21,869 nt of DNA, from positions 1-21,869 of the forward strand of contig JAWAQK010000042.1 of the NCBI GenBank assembly GCA_038893995.1, read 5' to 3'. The notes beneath the pieces are model-generated. The model was not told where the DNA came from. It worked only from the letters and a program-made list of their open reading frames with translations, and ran no database searches. The position numbers and the translations under genes were made by a program. Positions 7,070-14,992 of this stretch are shown here, piece by piece (the stretch's first letter is position 1; the number at the start of each line of letters is the position of its first letter). This DNA is from Candidatus Thorarchaeota archaeon. GTDB lineage: Archaea; Asgardarchaeota; Thorarchaeia; Thorarchaeales; Thorarchaeaceae.

Positions 7070-9934
7070 CTAGTACTCCACCGTGCTCCCGCCCACCTCG
7101 AGCTGGGCCATCATTACTGCCACTTGTTCGAATGCCTTCTGCACATCACGTCTGACATTGGTGCTGTCTACAACAGAGAGGTACTGGCCCTGAGGCACAT
7201 TGTTGCACAGATACTGTAGTAGATCCTCAGTGGTCATTATCTGTCCAGTCACCGGTGATCTCAGGGACTTGGCCCCTGCTGCAGCAGGAAGCTTGAGCTC
7301 ATTACCCACACCTATGACTATCAGGTTTACATCAAGGTGGTTGTCCCTGATATATCCCTCGATGGTGAGAGGTTTCTTCTTCTTCATCCTGTCCTTCTCC
7401 CTCACGATGCCCTTGAGAAGATCCAACGAGTAGGTCTTGGAGCTGTTGTCTTGGCCATCGGTCAGGGCAATGACCCACCTATGCTCACTGCTTGGGATCC
7501 TGTCGAGTGACTCAAGAGCCTTCCCGAGGGCATCGTAGAAAGCTGTAGCGCCGCTCGGATGTCGTAGTGTGTCGAGAGTCCTGAGTATGTTGCTCTCATT
7601 GTCTCGTTCGAACTCTCCTCTCCGGGTCAGTGGAAGGACCTCAGTATACGCATCGTTGAACACTATGACAGACACATCGTCCTGTGGATTGACGTGACTC
7701 CTCACGATCTCCTTTGCGCCCATCACGGCCGCCCTGATACGGTCCTGTGCCTGCATGCTTCCCGAGTAGTCTATGACAAATATCACGCTCTTCTTGAACT
7801 GGGCAGACCGGCGAAGTCTCTCAGCCCTCCGACGTACATCGTGGCTAGACTTGTCCAACTGGTCTAACACATCTGCAAGCTTGCTCAGGGCATAGACCTG
7901 TAACCAGTTGTCCTGGGTCAGCTCAGACAACCGGACAGCCTCCTCGAAGGCTACCTCCGCCTTCTGCCACTGCTTCTGGGTCTCATAGAGTTCGCCTTTG
8001 TGATACTGAATGTATGCCAGCGTGCGTTCTGCGTTCTGGCGCAATGCTATTCTCTCAGCCTCCTCGAATCTCGAGAGAGCCTGGCTGATGCGGTTCTGTC
8101 TGAGCATCACCAGACCCATTGCATCAAATCTCTTGGCCAGACCAAGCTCGTTCTTCAGGGTCCTGTCAATGGCCTCAGCCTCCTCGAGATGCTTCATTGC
8201 AGTATCGAACTCGCCACGGTCCATCGACACGAGTGCCATGTTGTGATAGATCGACCCTATGCGCTGAAGTGCATCTGACTCATCCTTTCCTCCCTCCTTA
8301 GATCGTTCCAACATTGCTTTTGCAATCTCCAGAGAACGGTTGTAGTGATCTGTTGCCGTACGAGTGTCTCCACGCTGTCTGTAGACGTTGCCGATGTTCA
8401 ACAGCATGGTCTGTATGCCCTCCTCTATCGCAAGACGACGACTTATCTCCAGTAGGTTCTCATAGTTCGCGAGTGCCCTTCGAAGGTCTCCCCTGATGAA
8501 GGACTGGTTGCCGTATCTGCAGGCCTCTTGGAAGCTCAACAGTGCGTCGATGGTTGTGCCTATCTCCTCGTACATGGCACCTGACATGCTCATGCTGCGG
8601 GTGAAGTCCTGAGTCGACATCTTCTGGACGAGTTTCGTCATCTCTCGAACAGGCTGTACAACCGCCTTTCCCTTCGCATAGGCAACCCCAGTCACTACGG
8701 CTGCAACTGACGCCAGGACACCTATCAGAATGAGAGTGAGTATGAGCGTCTGGCTGACAATGGCGTTCAACATTGCTATCGCCGGTGCCACTACCTCTGA
8801 CGCTGGTACGACTACGGCAAGCAGGAAATCGACATTTGGTATCACGGCATAGGTCATGTACCACAGCTTTCCATTCTTGTAATACTGGGCCTGACCTCTC
8901 CCTTCCTCAAGTGCAGTGCTGATTATCGTCTTGAATGCATTTGCCTCCGAACTCGTCGGTGATGAGAACTCGAGATCGTACACAGTCTGTCCCTCGGCTG
9001 TAAAGAGGGGATGTGCCACCAGTTCGGAGTTCCTCTCCATCAGAAATGCATAGCCGCTGTTGAGTATCTTCACGTCAAGGACACTCTGCAGGATTGTTTC
9101 GAGCGTCACATCCGCGGATACGACCCCGAAGACTGTTCCATTATCGAAACGTATGGGACGCGCCATAGATATGACCAGTCCGGTCGAGGGGTCGAGATAG
9201 GGCCCGGTGAAGGCTATGCTCTCGTTACCGAAGGCAATTGCGTTTGTATACCACTCCTCGTTCGGGGGGTCGTAGTCTTCTGCAGGCGTATCGCCCAAGA
9301 AGTATGAGAGTCTGTCGTAAGGATAGTTGCGAAACAGGTGGCTGTCGCAGTACGATGGGTCAAAGGCCATGTAGAGCCAGATGTAGTCAGTACTCATCTC
9401 GTGGAGTGCCCTGTACATGTTATCCATGTTGGACGACACCTCAATGAAGTACCTTGTACTGGGACTCCAGTCAAAGGGGTCGCCAGGGGTCTTGTAGTAG
9501 GGTCTGGGCATGTAGTAGCAGCTGACCTCAAACGAGATGTCGCTCGAGTCATATCTCTCCACGTAGTGTCTACCTGGAACCAGCATTCCTGTTTGAGCGA
9601 ACTCCAGTTCCCAGTCCCAGAAGTAAGAGTGTTGAGGGGTGGCCAGGATACGGGCGTTGAAGAGGTCTTCTGCATACCTCTCCATCATGTAGACCCCATC
9701 AATGTAGTTCTGAATCTTCTCCTGTATGAAGATTGCCGTGTCGTTGGCCAATCTCTCTAGATCTGCGAGCTCCTCATTTCTCAGTGCATCTGATGCAAGA
9801 AGTGCACTCTCATTGGAGGCATCTGTTATGGTGATAACAGAGATTGCGGATATTGCCAGAATCGGTATCAGTGACACCAGGACAAACGTCACGACGATTC
9901 TCTTGCTGATTTCCAATTGGTCCATCTCTCCCAT
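7070..9934 (-). CDS. membrane receptor: TM-dCache_1-TM-HAMP-TPR repeats-VWA
   Basis: Cache motifs YDPPNEEWY/GPYLD/GVVSADV/SGYAFL..LVAHP; TM2; HAMP (QPVREM..EEIG); about 5-6 TPR-like repeats (NIGNVY, HNMALV, DAMGLV, YHKGELY); C-terminal VWA with intact MIDAS (D722YSGS, GATAFYDAL, ALTDG). Confidence 0.88.
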   Translation of the reverse strand: MGEMDQLEISKRIVVTFVLVSLIPILAISAISVITITDASNESALLASDALRNEELADLERLANDTAIFIQEKIQNYIDGVYMMERYAEDLFNARILATPQHSYFWDWELEFAQTGMLVPGRHYVERYDSSDISFEVSCYYMPRPYYKTPGDPFDWSPSTRYFIEVSSNMDNMYRALHEMSTDYIWLYMAFDPSYCDSHLFRNYPYDRLSYFLGDTPAEDYDPPNEEWYTNAIAFGNESIAFTGPYLDPSTGLVISMARPIRFDNGTVFGVVSADVTLETILQSVLDVKILNSGYAFLMERNSELVAHPLFTAEGQTVYDLEFSSPTSSEANAFKTIISTALEEGRGQAQYYKNGKLWYMTYAVIPNVDFLLAVVVPASEVVAPAIAMLNAIVSQTLILTLILIGVLASVAAVVTGVAYAKGKAVVQPVREMTKLVQKMSTQDFTRSMSMSGAMYEEIGTTIDALLSFQEACRYGNQSFIRGDLRRALANYENLLEISRRLAIEEGIQTMLLNIGNVYRQRGDTRTATDHYNRSLEIAKAMLERSKEGGKDESDALQRIGSIYHNMALVSMDRGEFDTAMKHLEEAEAIDRTLKNELGLAKRFDAMGLVMLRQNRISQALSRFEEAERIALRQNAERTLAYIQYHKGELYETQKQWQKAEVAFEEAVRLSELTQDNWLQVYALSKLADVLDQLDKSSHDVRRRAERLRRSAQFKKSVIFVIDYSGSMQAQDRIRAAVMGAKEIVRSHVNPQDDVSVIVFNDAYTEVLPLTRRGEFERDNESNILRTLDTLRHPSGATAFYDALGKALESLDRIPSSEHRWVIALTDGQDNSSKTYSLDLLKGIVREKDRMKKKKPLTIEGYIRDNHLDVNLIVIGVGNELKLPAAAGAKSLRSPVTGQIMTTEDLLQYLCNNVPQGQYLSVVDSTNVRRDVQKAFEQVAVMMAQLEVGGSTVEY

Positions 9935-9951
9935 GATAGTTTCTCTGCTGG

Positions 9952-11400
9952 TTAGACTGTAAGAGCGACCAGCTCCTGTTCAAGGCGTCTCACAAACTCC
10001 TCACGGTTCTGTCTGTCGTCCAGTTCGAAAGTATTCTCAGAGAGTGTTCCTCGGACGGCCTCCTCTCCCAGCAGTATGATCAGAGTCCTTCTGAGTATCT
10101 CTCGAGGCACACCTGTCTGTTGTTCAAGCTTGAGTATCTCTACTGTCCGCCGGTTGCGTAGGAGATCTGTCAAGACGCGCCTGACCTGCTGGATCTCTGA
10201 CACGGTGGGCCCGAGCTTATCGATGGGCCTTGTCTTGGGTGTTCTGATGAATGTATTGCCCTCTATGTGACCGTCCAAAGCCCTGATCTGAATCATCTTC
10301 TGCAGTGTTCGTCTCAGGTTGTAGGGAACAGGCCTAGGTAATGTCCGCCTGAGAATCCTGTCGAGGTCTTTGAGTTCAATCCGACTGTGCTTTGAGGTTA
10401 TCGAGTCGATACTCTCCCTGAGGTACTGCTCTACTGCGTATTCACTCAGCATCTCAAGTACTGCTCCGCATGACTCACACCTGGGGCTCTCTGGAGTAGT
10501 AGGGGCGCCACAGTTACCACACTTGATGGCCCTCCTGTAGAGGATCTGCTTGGTTGACATGATCTCGTTCAACACGACTCTCTCTGTCTTCGTGGGCTGG
10601 TCAGTATCGTGGACAGTCCAAAATGACAGTCTGCGATCGCTAGTAGCCACTACGACGTACGCCAAGTCCGAGACATTGTTGGGAGTACCTGTTGCTACGG
10701 CCCTAGGCCTGTCGCGGAGCTGGACGGTGCCAACAGCTCTTCCTTCTAGGTCCCATATCTTGAGCACACTGGAGTCATCGCCCGTGATGAGAAGTTTCCT
10801 ATCACCGAATGTAAGTACAGCGAAGACTGTCAGTCTGTCTCCGAGTCTGAACTCGCGTAGTTTGTAGCCAGCTGTGCTCACCACTGTCACAAGGCCTTTC
10901 CTGTCAGCCACAATGACCTCCAGCTCACCATCATCAGGAGTCATATCCTCTAGCCAGACATCAGCCACAGGGTCCTGCATGCTCCTGCTGAAGAGTGCAG
11001 TCCTATCATCATTCCACAGAATCACCCGTCGATTATCGAGCGCAACAGCGACCTCTGCTGACCCGTCTCCGTCGACATCACGTGCGTCACATGCTATCAC
11101 GTCGCTCTCCAGTGCAATACTCCAGACTGTCCTTCCCCGCTGATCCACGACAAGCACATTCTTGCCGATTCCTCCCACGAGGGCATCGCTTCCGTTACCC
11201 TCAATGTCAGCGACTGCAATGCATCTTACTCGGCTGCTGTATCTCTTGGAGGTCTTGAGATTCCCTGACACATCATATACGCTGAGTTGGTCGGCGTAGT
11301 CGAGAGCAAATACCTGTGCATATCCATCGGGGCGTTGCCTCAAGTAGACTGAGTACCCCTCGGCTGAAAGTGGTACATTAGCGACTTCCCGCAGCTTCAA
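9952..11400 (-). CDS. cytoplasmic beta-propeller (FG-GAP/BBS2-like DxDGDG blades) + C4 Zn-ribbon + two PCI-like winged-helix domains
   Basis: Repeated blades ADIEGNG, RDVDGDG, EDMTPDDG and WD-like LKIWD/LSFW; CGNC-x10-CESC; two helix-helix-wing segments ending LDGHIEGNTFI and VRGTLSENTFEL. TTG start, no signal peptide. Confidence 0.75.
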   Translation of the reverse strand: MKLREVANVPLSAEGYSVYLRQRPDGYAQVFALDYADQLSVYDVSGNLKTSKRYSSRVRCIAVADIEGNGSDALVGGIGKNVLVVDQRGRTVWSIALESDVIACDARDVDGDGSAEVAVALDNRRVILWNDDRTALFSRSMQDPVADVWLEDMTPDDGELEVIVADRKGLVTVVSTAGYKLREFRLGDRLTVFAVLTFGDRKLLITGDDSSVLKIWDLEGRAVGTVQLRDRPRAVATGTPNNVSDLAYVVVATSDRRLSFWTVHDTDQPTKTERVVLNEIMSTKQILYRRAIKCGNCGAPTTPESPRCESCGAVLEMLSEYAVEQYLRESIDSITSKHSRIELKDLDRILRRTLPRPVPYNLRRTLQKMIQIRALDGHIEGNTFIRTPKTRPIDKLGPTVSEIQQVRRVLTDLLRNRRTVEILKLEQQTGVPREILRRTLIILLGEEAVRGTLSENTFELDDRQNREEFVRRLEQELVALTV

Positions 11401-11434
11401 TTCACTGCGCCTTGCATGGGGTCAGCGATGAATT

Positions 11435-11443
11435 CAATATAAG
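11435..11443 (-). promoter_or_regulatory. candidate TATA box for the four-gene operon
   Basis: Minus strand reads gagagCTTATATTG about 35-43 nt upstream of the TTG at 11400. Confidence 0.45.
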
Positions 11444-11809
11444 CTCTCGCAGGGCAAGGGAGGATGCTAGGATGTCGAGTCCAGTACAAGTGGGATTCAG
11501 AGCAACTGCTCTAGACATTCTCCAATGACATCGGCATCTGTCCCGCAGGTCAGGATCGACCTGTTGTATGAAGCGTTCTCACTGGGGGCACCTCTGCCAC
11601 AAGGGGAGGAAGTCCCAACGTCTTCTGAGAGCCACCTACAGCGAACACATGCAGGTGTGTCACTCGATCCGGGCCCGTCTTAGGCAGACCTTGATGTGTC
11701 TAATCAGCGTGCTCCACACGGGGCAGGGGGCTTATGAAGTGACACACTGTTGTACTTCCAGTCACTCGCTGTCAGGAGAAGATGTCCCCACATCCTCAGA
11801 CTCCCTGAG

Positions 11810-12442
11810 TCATTGCGAAGCGATGGAGAGTTGTCTGCGATAGTGTAGATACCAGACAGTCCACAGCCATACTATGAGCGTCGATGCTGTCGCGATCTCT
11901 GGGATTGCCATGCCTGTCCAGAATGACGCGGCTGCAAATGTCGCCCACCACATATACAGTGAGAAGAAGGGCAAGGCGAACGAAACGACCCCTAGCCACC
12001 TGAGCTCTCCGCGCCGAAGCAGTGACACACTCATAATCCACATCGATATGGGGAATGATAGGAAGAAGCCTACAGAAACCCAGAAGTGAATCCGCCCAGC
12101 ATTCTCAGACAGAATGCCAATCAGTATTAGAAATATCGAGGCCACTCCCAGTGCAATCATGGCCACTCTCGATATGGGGTCCTTGAGTTGTGACAGGAAC
12201 CAACGGACAAAGATCAGTTCCATCGCCCCGGCACATATCAGCCCGGAGTTGAACACCACTGCCGCCGGGATGCCGTTGTCATAGTTCCCGAGATCGCTGA
12301 GGGCATTGGTCACCCAGTCAAACCAAGGAGAGATCGCAATTGCCACGAATATTGCTACCAGTGCCACGATAGGCGCGACCAGACCCAATAGCCTTGGCAT
12401 CTCAATGTTCCACGAACGGATTCGCACCATCTCTCTATTCAC
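11810..12442 (-). CDS. DUF998 family membrane protein
   Basis: SPWFDWVTNALSDLG signature, FNSGL, IHFWVSVGFF and AIPE motif; about 6 TM helices. Confidence 0.85.
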   Translation of the reverse strand: MNREMVRIRSWNIEMPRLLGLVAPIVALVAIFVAIAISPWFDWVTNALSDLGNYDNGIPAAVVFNSGLICAGAMELIFVRWFLSQLKDPISRVAMIALGVASIFLILIGILSENAGRIHFWVSVGFFLSFPISMWIMSVSLLRRGELRWLGVVSFALPFFSLYMWWATFAAASFWTGMAIPEIATASTLIVWLWTVWYLHYRRQLSIASQ

Positions 12443-12582
12443 CAGTGGTCTCTGACTTCATCCTCTTTGAGATGGTGCGCATCTTATGAAGGTTCTCCTG
12501 CTCGATGTCTCGTTGCGACCCGCTCGAGCAGACAGGGACAGCAACTTTATGTTGGTCTGTACCCGTTGCATAGTGGTGGTTG

Positions 12583-12861
12583 ATGTCCGAGTACTTCGAG
12601 TGTCCAAACTGTCACAGGCTGCTTACAGACCAACGCATCCTGTCTTCGACCGATTCGGTCTATTTCAGATGTCACGGCTGCACTGCGCCTCTCGAGTACA
12701 TCCCAGGCTTCGGTGTGTTTTCTGCCTCTGAAACCGATCTGAAGGACTCCACCCCGGAGTCTTCTCCAAAGCCAGGAACTGTCATCGTCTGTTGTATCCT
12801 TGGATACGTTCTTGTCATTATGATAGTAATGACTTGGTTCTTTCTGTTCATCCTCCGGTGA
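12583..12861 (+). CDS. small Zn-ribbon protein with C-terminal membrane anchor
   Basis: CPNC...CHGC pair, low-complexity linker, hydrophobic C-terminal helix. ATG at 12583 (TTG at 12580 is an alternative); TTTATG at about 12546-12551 upstream; divergent from DUF998. Confidence 0.65.
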   Translation: MSEYFECPNCHRLLTDQRILSSTDSVYFRCHGCTAPLEYIPGFGVFSASETDLKDSTPESSPKPGTVIVCCILGYVLVIMIVMTWFFLFILR

Positions 12862-13273
12862 TTCCGGGTGTTGCCTCAGGTTGCAGCAGTCAACTGACAG
12901 GAACGGTTACTGCACCAGAGCTCGCTCATCCAGACTTCTGTGGCTCGATTTCTGGGCTGCACGTCCCTATGCAGTAGCATTCACACCAACAGAGGCACTG
13001 ATCCTTACCGTCGCCATGGACCTAGTTCTGTTCATGGAGTGTTGTCCTGGGGCCCCGGAGTAATGTCGTGTGACCACAGCAGCCATGAGACAAGTGCTAA
13101 TCCCATTCGTGGCCGTCCGCTGCTACCTCGTAAGACTGCGATCCAACCTGACACGCCATTCGTGTTCATCGGACCTCTCCTCCCTTCCCGTTTCGAGCGT
13201 AGTACACTCCGATAGGGGAGGTCAAAGATAAAAGACCCTTCAACAATGGACGCCGACTGTAACTCTGCCTGGG

Positions 13274-14200
13274 GTGGTAGACCAGTTGTCCCCGTCTGAG
13301 GTGGAAGACAAGATAATCTCTATCGAAGAGGCGGCAAAGAAGATCCCTGACGGTGCTCACCTGTTCTGGGGAGGATTTGGTTACCAGAGGCCGCCGATCG
13401 CCTTTGCCTCCGAACTCGTCCGACAGAAGAAGAGGAATCTCACTATCTATACTTGTGGGTCAGAGGTGGACCTCGAGATCATGGCAGCCACTGGTGTTGC
13501 CACTCGATTCGAGATAGCGTTTGTTGCAATAGAGGCACTGGGACTGGCCAACAACATGCGTCGTCGCGTGGCGGAAGGGAAGGTTCAGGTCGAAGAGTAT
13601 AGCAATCTCGCAATGGCAATGCGGTTTCTCGGCGGCGCACTAAACGTTCCATTCATGCCAATCAGGAGTCTCATGGGCACGGATATTGCAAACAAGTCCA
13701 GATACAGAGGCGACAAGAAGCTGAAGATCATTGATTGTCCCTTCACAGGAGAGAAGATCTGCCTCGTTCCCTCCGTCCGGCCCGACTACAGCATAGTGCA
13801 TGTGCAGCGTGTCGATGCGATGGGCAATGCACAGATCGACGGGATCGTCGGGGAGGACATTGAGGGTTCACGGTGCGGAAAGAAGCTGATAGTCATGGCA
13901 GAGGAACTGATAGGCACGGAGGAGGTCCGTCACCATCCTGATCAGACAAAGATCCCGTCGATGTACGTGGACCATGTTGTCATACTGCCATTTGCCTCGC
14001 ATCCTATGCAGGTTCACAACTACTACGATTATGACCTCCCCCATCTCATGATGTTCCACAACATGACCAAGACCGAGGAAGGTTGGGAGGAGTACCTCAA
14101 CAGGTACATTCTCGGTGTTCAGGATCATCTTGAGTATCTTAACACGCTGGGTTGGGAGAACCTCAATCGACTGAGAGCAAAGAAACCCTGGGGGTACTAG
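13274..14200 (+). CDS. family I CoA-transferase subunit A (glutaconate/3-oxoadipate CoA-transferase-like)
   Basis: EEAAKKIPDG, GGF..RPP, EEYSN..RF.GGA..VPFMP, DCPFTGEKICLVP, HVQRVDAMGN and YDYD motifs. Confidence 0.9.
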   Translation: MVDQLSPSEVEDKIISIEEAAKKIPDGAHLFWGGFGYQRPPIAFASELVRQKKRNLTIYTCGSEVDLEIMAATGVATRFEIAFVAIEALGLANNMRRRVAEGKVQVEEYSNLAMAMRFLGGALNVPFMPIRSLMGTDIANKSRYRGDKKLKIIDCPFTGEKICLVPSVRPDYSIVHVQRVDAMGNAQIDGIVGEDIEGSRCGKKLIVMAEELIGTEEVRHHPDQTKIPSMYVDHVVILPFASHPMQVHNYYDYDLPHLMMFHNMTKTEEGWEEYLNRYILGVQDHLEYLNTLGWENLNRLRAKKPWGY

Positions 14201-14211
14201 GAGGAGTCACA

Positions 14212-14985
14212 ATGGCCAAGTATAGCAAGATCGAATTTCTCGTCGCCTGTGCCTCTCGTCACGTTCGGGATGGTGAGAATGTATTTGGAGGCACGGGAAT
14301 GCCCCTTCTGGCAGCGCTGCTTGCCAAGGAAACACACGCACCGAGGGCCAATCTGATCTCGGAGGCAGGATTCATAGATGCCCGGCCGAGGAATGTACCT
14401 CTGTCAGTTGCAGATTCCAGATACTACTACGGCTGCTCCGCCTCGATAGGTCTCATAGAAACTCTGGGTTTCATCCTGCAGGCAGGTCGGATTGATGTCG
14501 GCTTCCTCGGAGCCGCACAGATCGATGAGTATGGCAATATCAACACCACATACATAGGACCCTTTGAGAGTCCAAAGGTGAAATTGCCAGGGAGTGGTGG
14601 CGGCAACGATATCGCATCCAGTGCCAAGCGGCTGATTATCATGATGACTCACGAGAAACGTAAGTTCGTCAAGCAACTCGACTATCTCACCAGTCCGGGT
14701 CATCTGCAGGGTCCTGGGTCACGAAAGAAGTGGTCGCTTGTCGGGGGAGGACCCGATGTGGTCATAACAGATATGTGTCAGATGGACTTTGATCCCGTCA
14801 CATTGAGGATACGTCTAATGTCAGTCCATCCAGGCTATACCGTCGATGATGTGCTCGACAACGTGATGTTCGACCTCATCGTACCCGACAAGGTTCCCAC
14901 AACACCAGAACCAACCCAGGAACAGATCGAGATAATGCACAAGCTAGACCCGCATGGTGTGTATCTTGGGAAGGGCGGAGAATGA
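14212..14985 (+). CDS. family I CoA-transferase subunit B
   Basis: True start is probably ATG 14212 after a GAGGAG RBS. Motifs GTGMP, LISEAG (catalytic Glu position), FLGAAQIDEYGNIN, LPGSGGGNDI and SVHPG. Confidence 0.9.
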   Translation: MAKYSKIEFLVACASRHVRDGENVFGGTGMPLLAALLAKETHAPRANLISEAGFIDARPRNVPLSVADSRYYYGCSASIGLIETLGFILQAGRIDVGFLGAAQIDEYGNINTTYIGPFESPKVKLPGSGGGNDIASSAKRLIIMMTHEKRKFVKQLDYLTSPGHLQGPGSRKKWSLVGGGPDVVITDMCQMDFDPVTLRIRLMSVHPGYTVDDVLDNVMFDLIVPDKVPTTPEPTQEQIEIMHKLDPHGVYLGKGGE

Positions 14986-14992
14986 AACAGGG

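Noticed and set aside
5574-9934. Chemoreceptor (MCP) or histidine-kinase annotation for the Cache proteins
   Set aside because: No methyl-accepting hairpin, H-box/HATPase, GGDEF or PP2C motifs follow the HAMP domains.
11606-11735. RNase P RNA-like words GAGGAAGTCCC and GGGGGCTTA
   Set aside because: Only about 130 nt apart, no P1 closing helix and no ACAGAA element; probably chance. A cmsearch with the archaeal RNase P model would settle it.
11568-11843. 91-aa His/Cys-rich ORF
   Set aside because: Overlaps the DUF998 3' end on the opposite strand and has no recognisable domain.
12862-13273. Short ORFs (12881-13063, 12940-13215) and a weak hairpin at about 13014-13037
   Set aside because: No motifs or RBS and atypical composition; treated as intergenic.
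14152-14211. ORF-track N-terminal extension of CoA-transferase B (similar extensions at 14954 and 18783)
   Set aside because: These overlap upstream genes or promoters; better-placed downstream starts exist (14212 and 18891 with clear RBSs, 14993 less certain).
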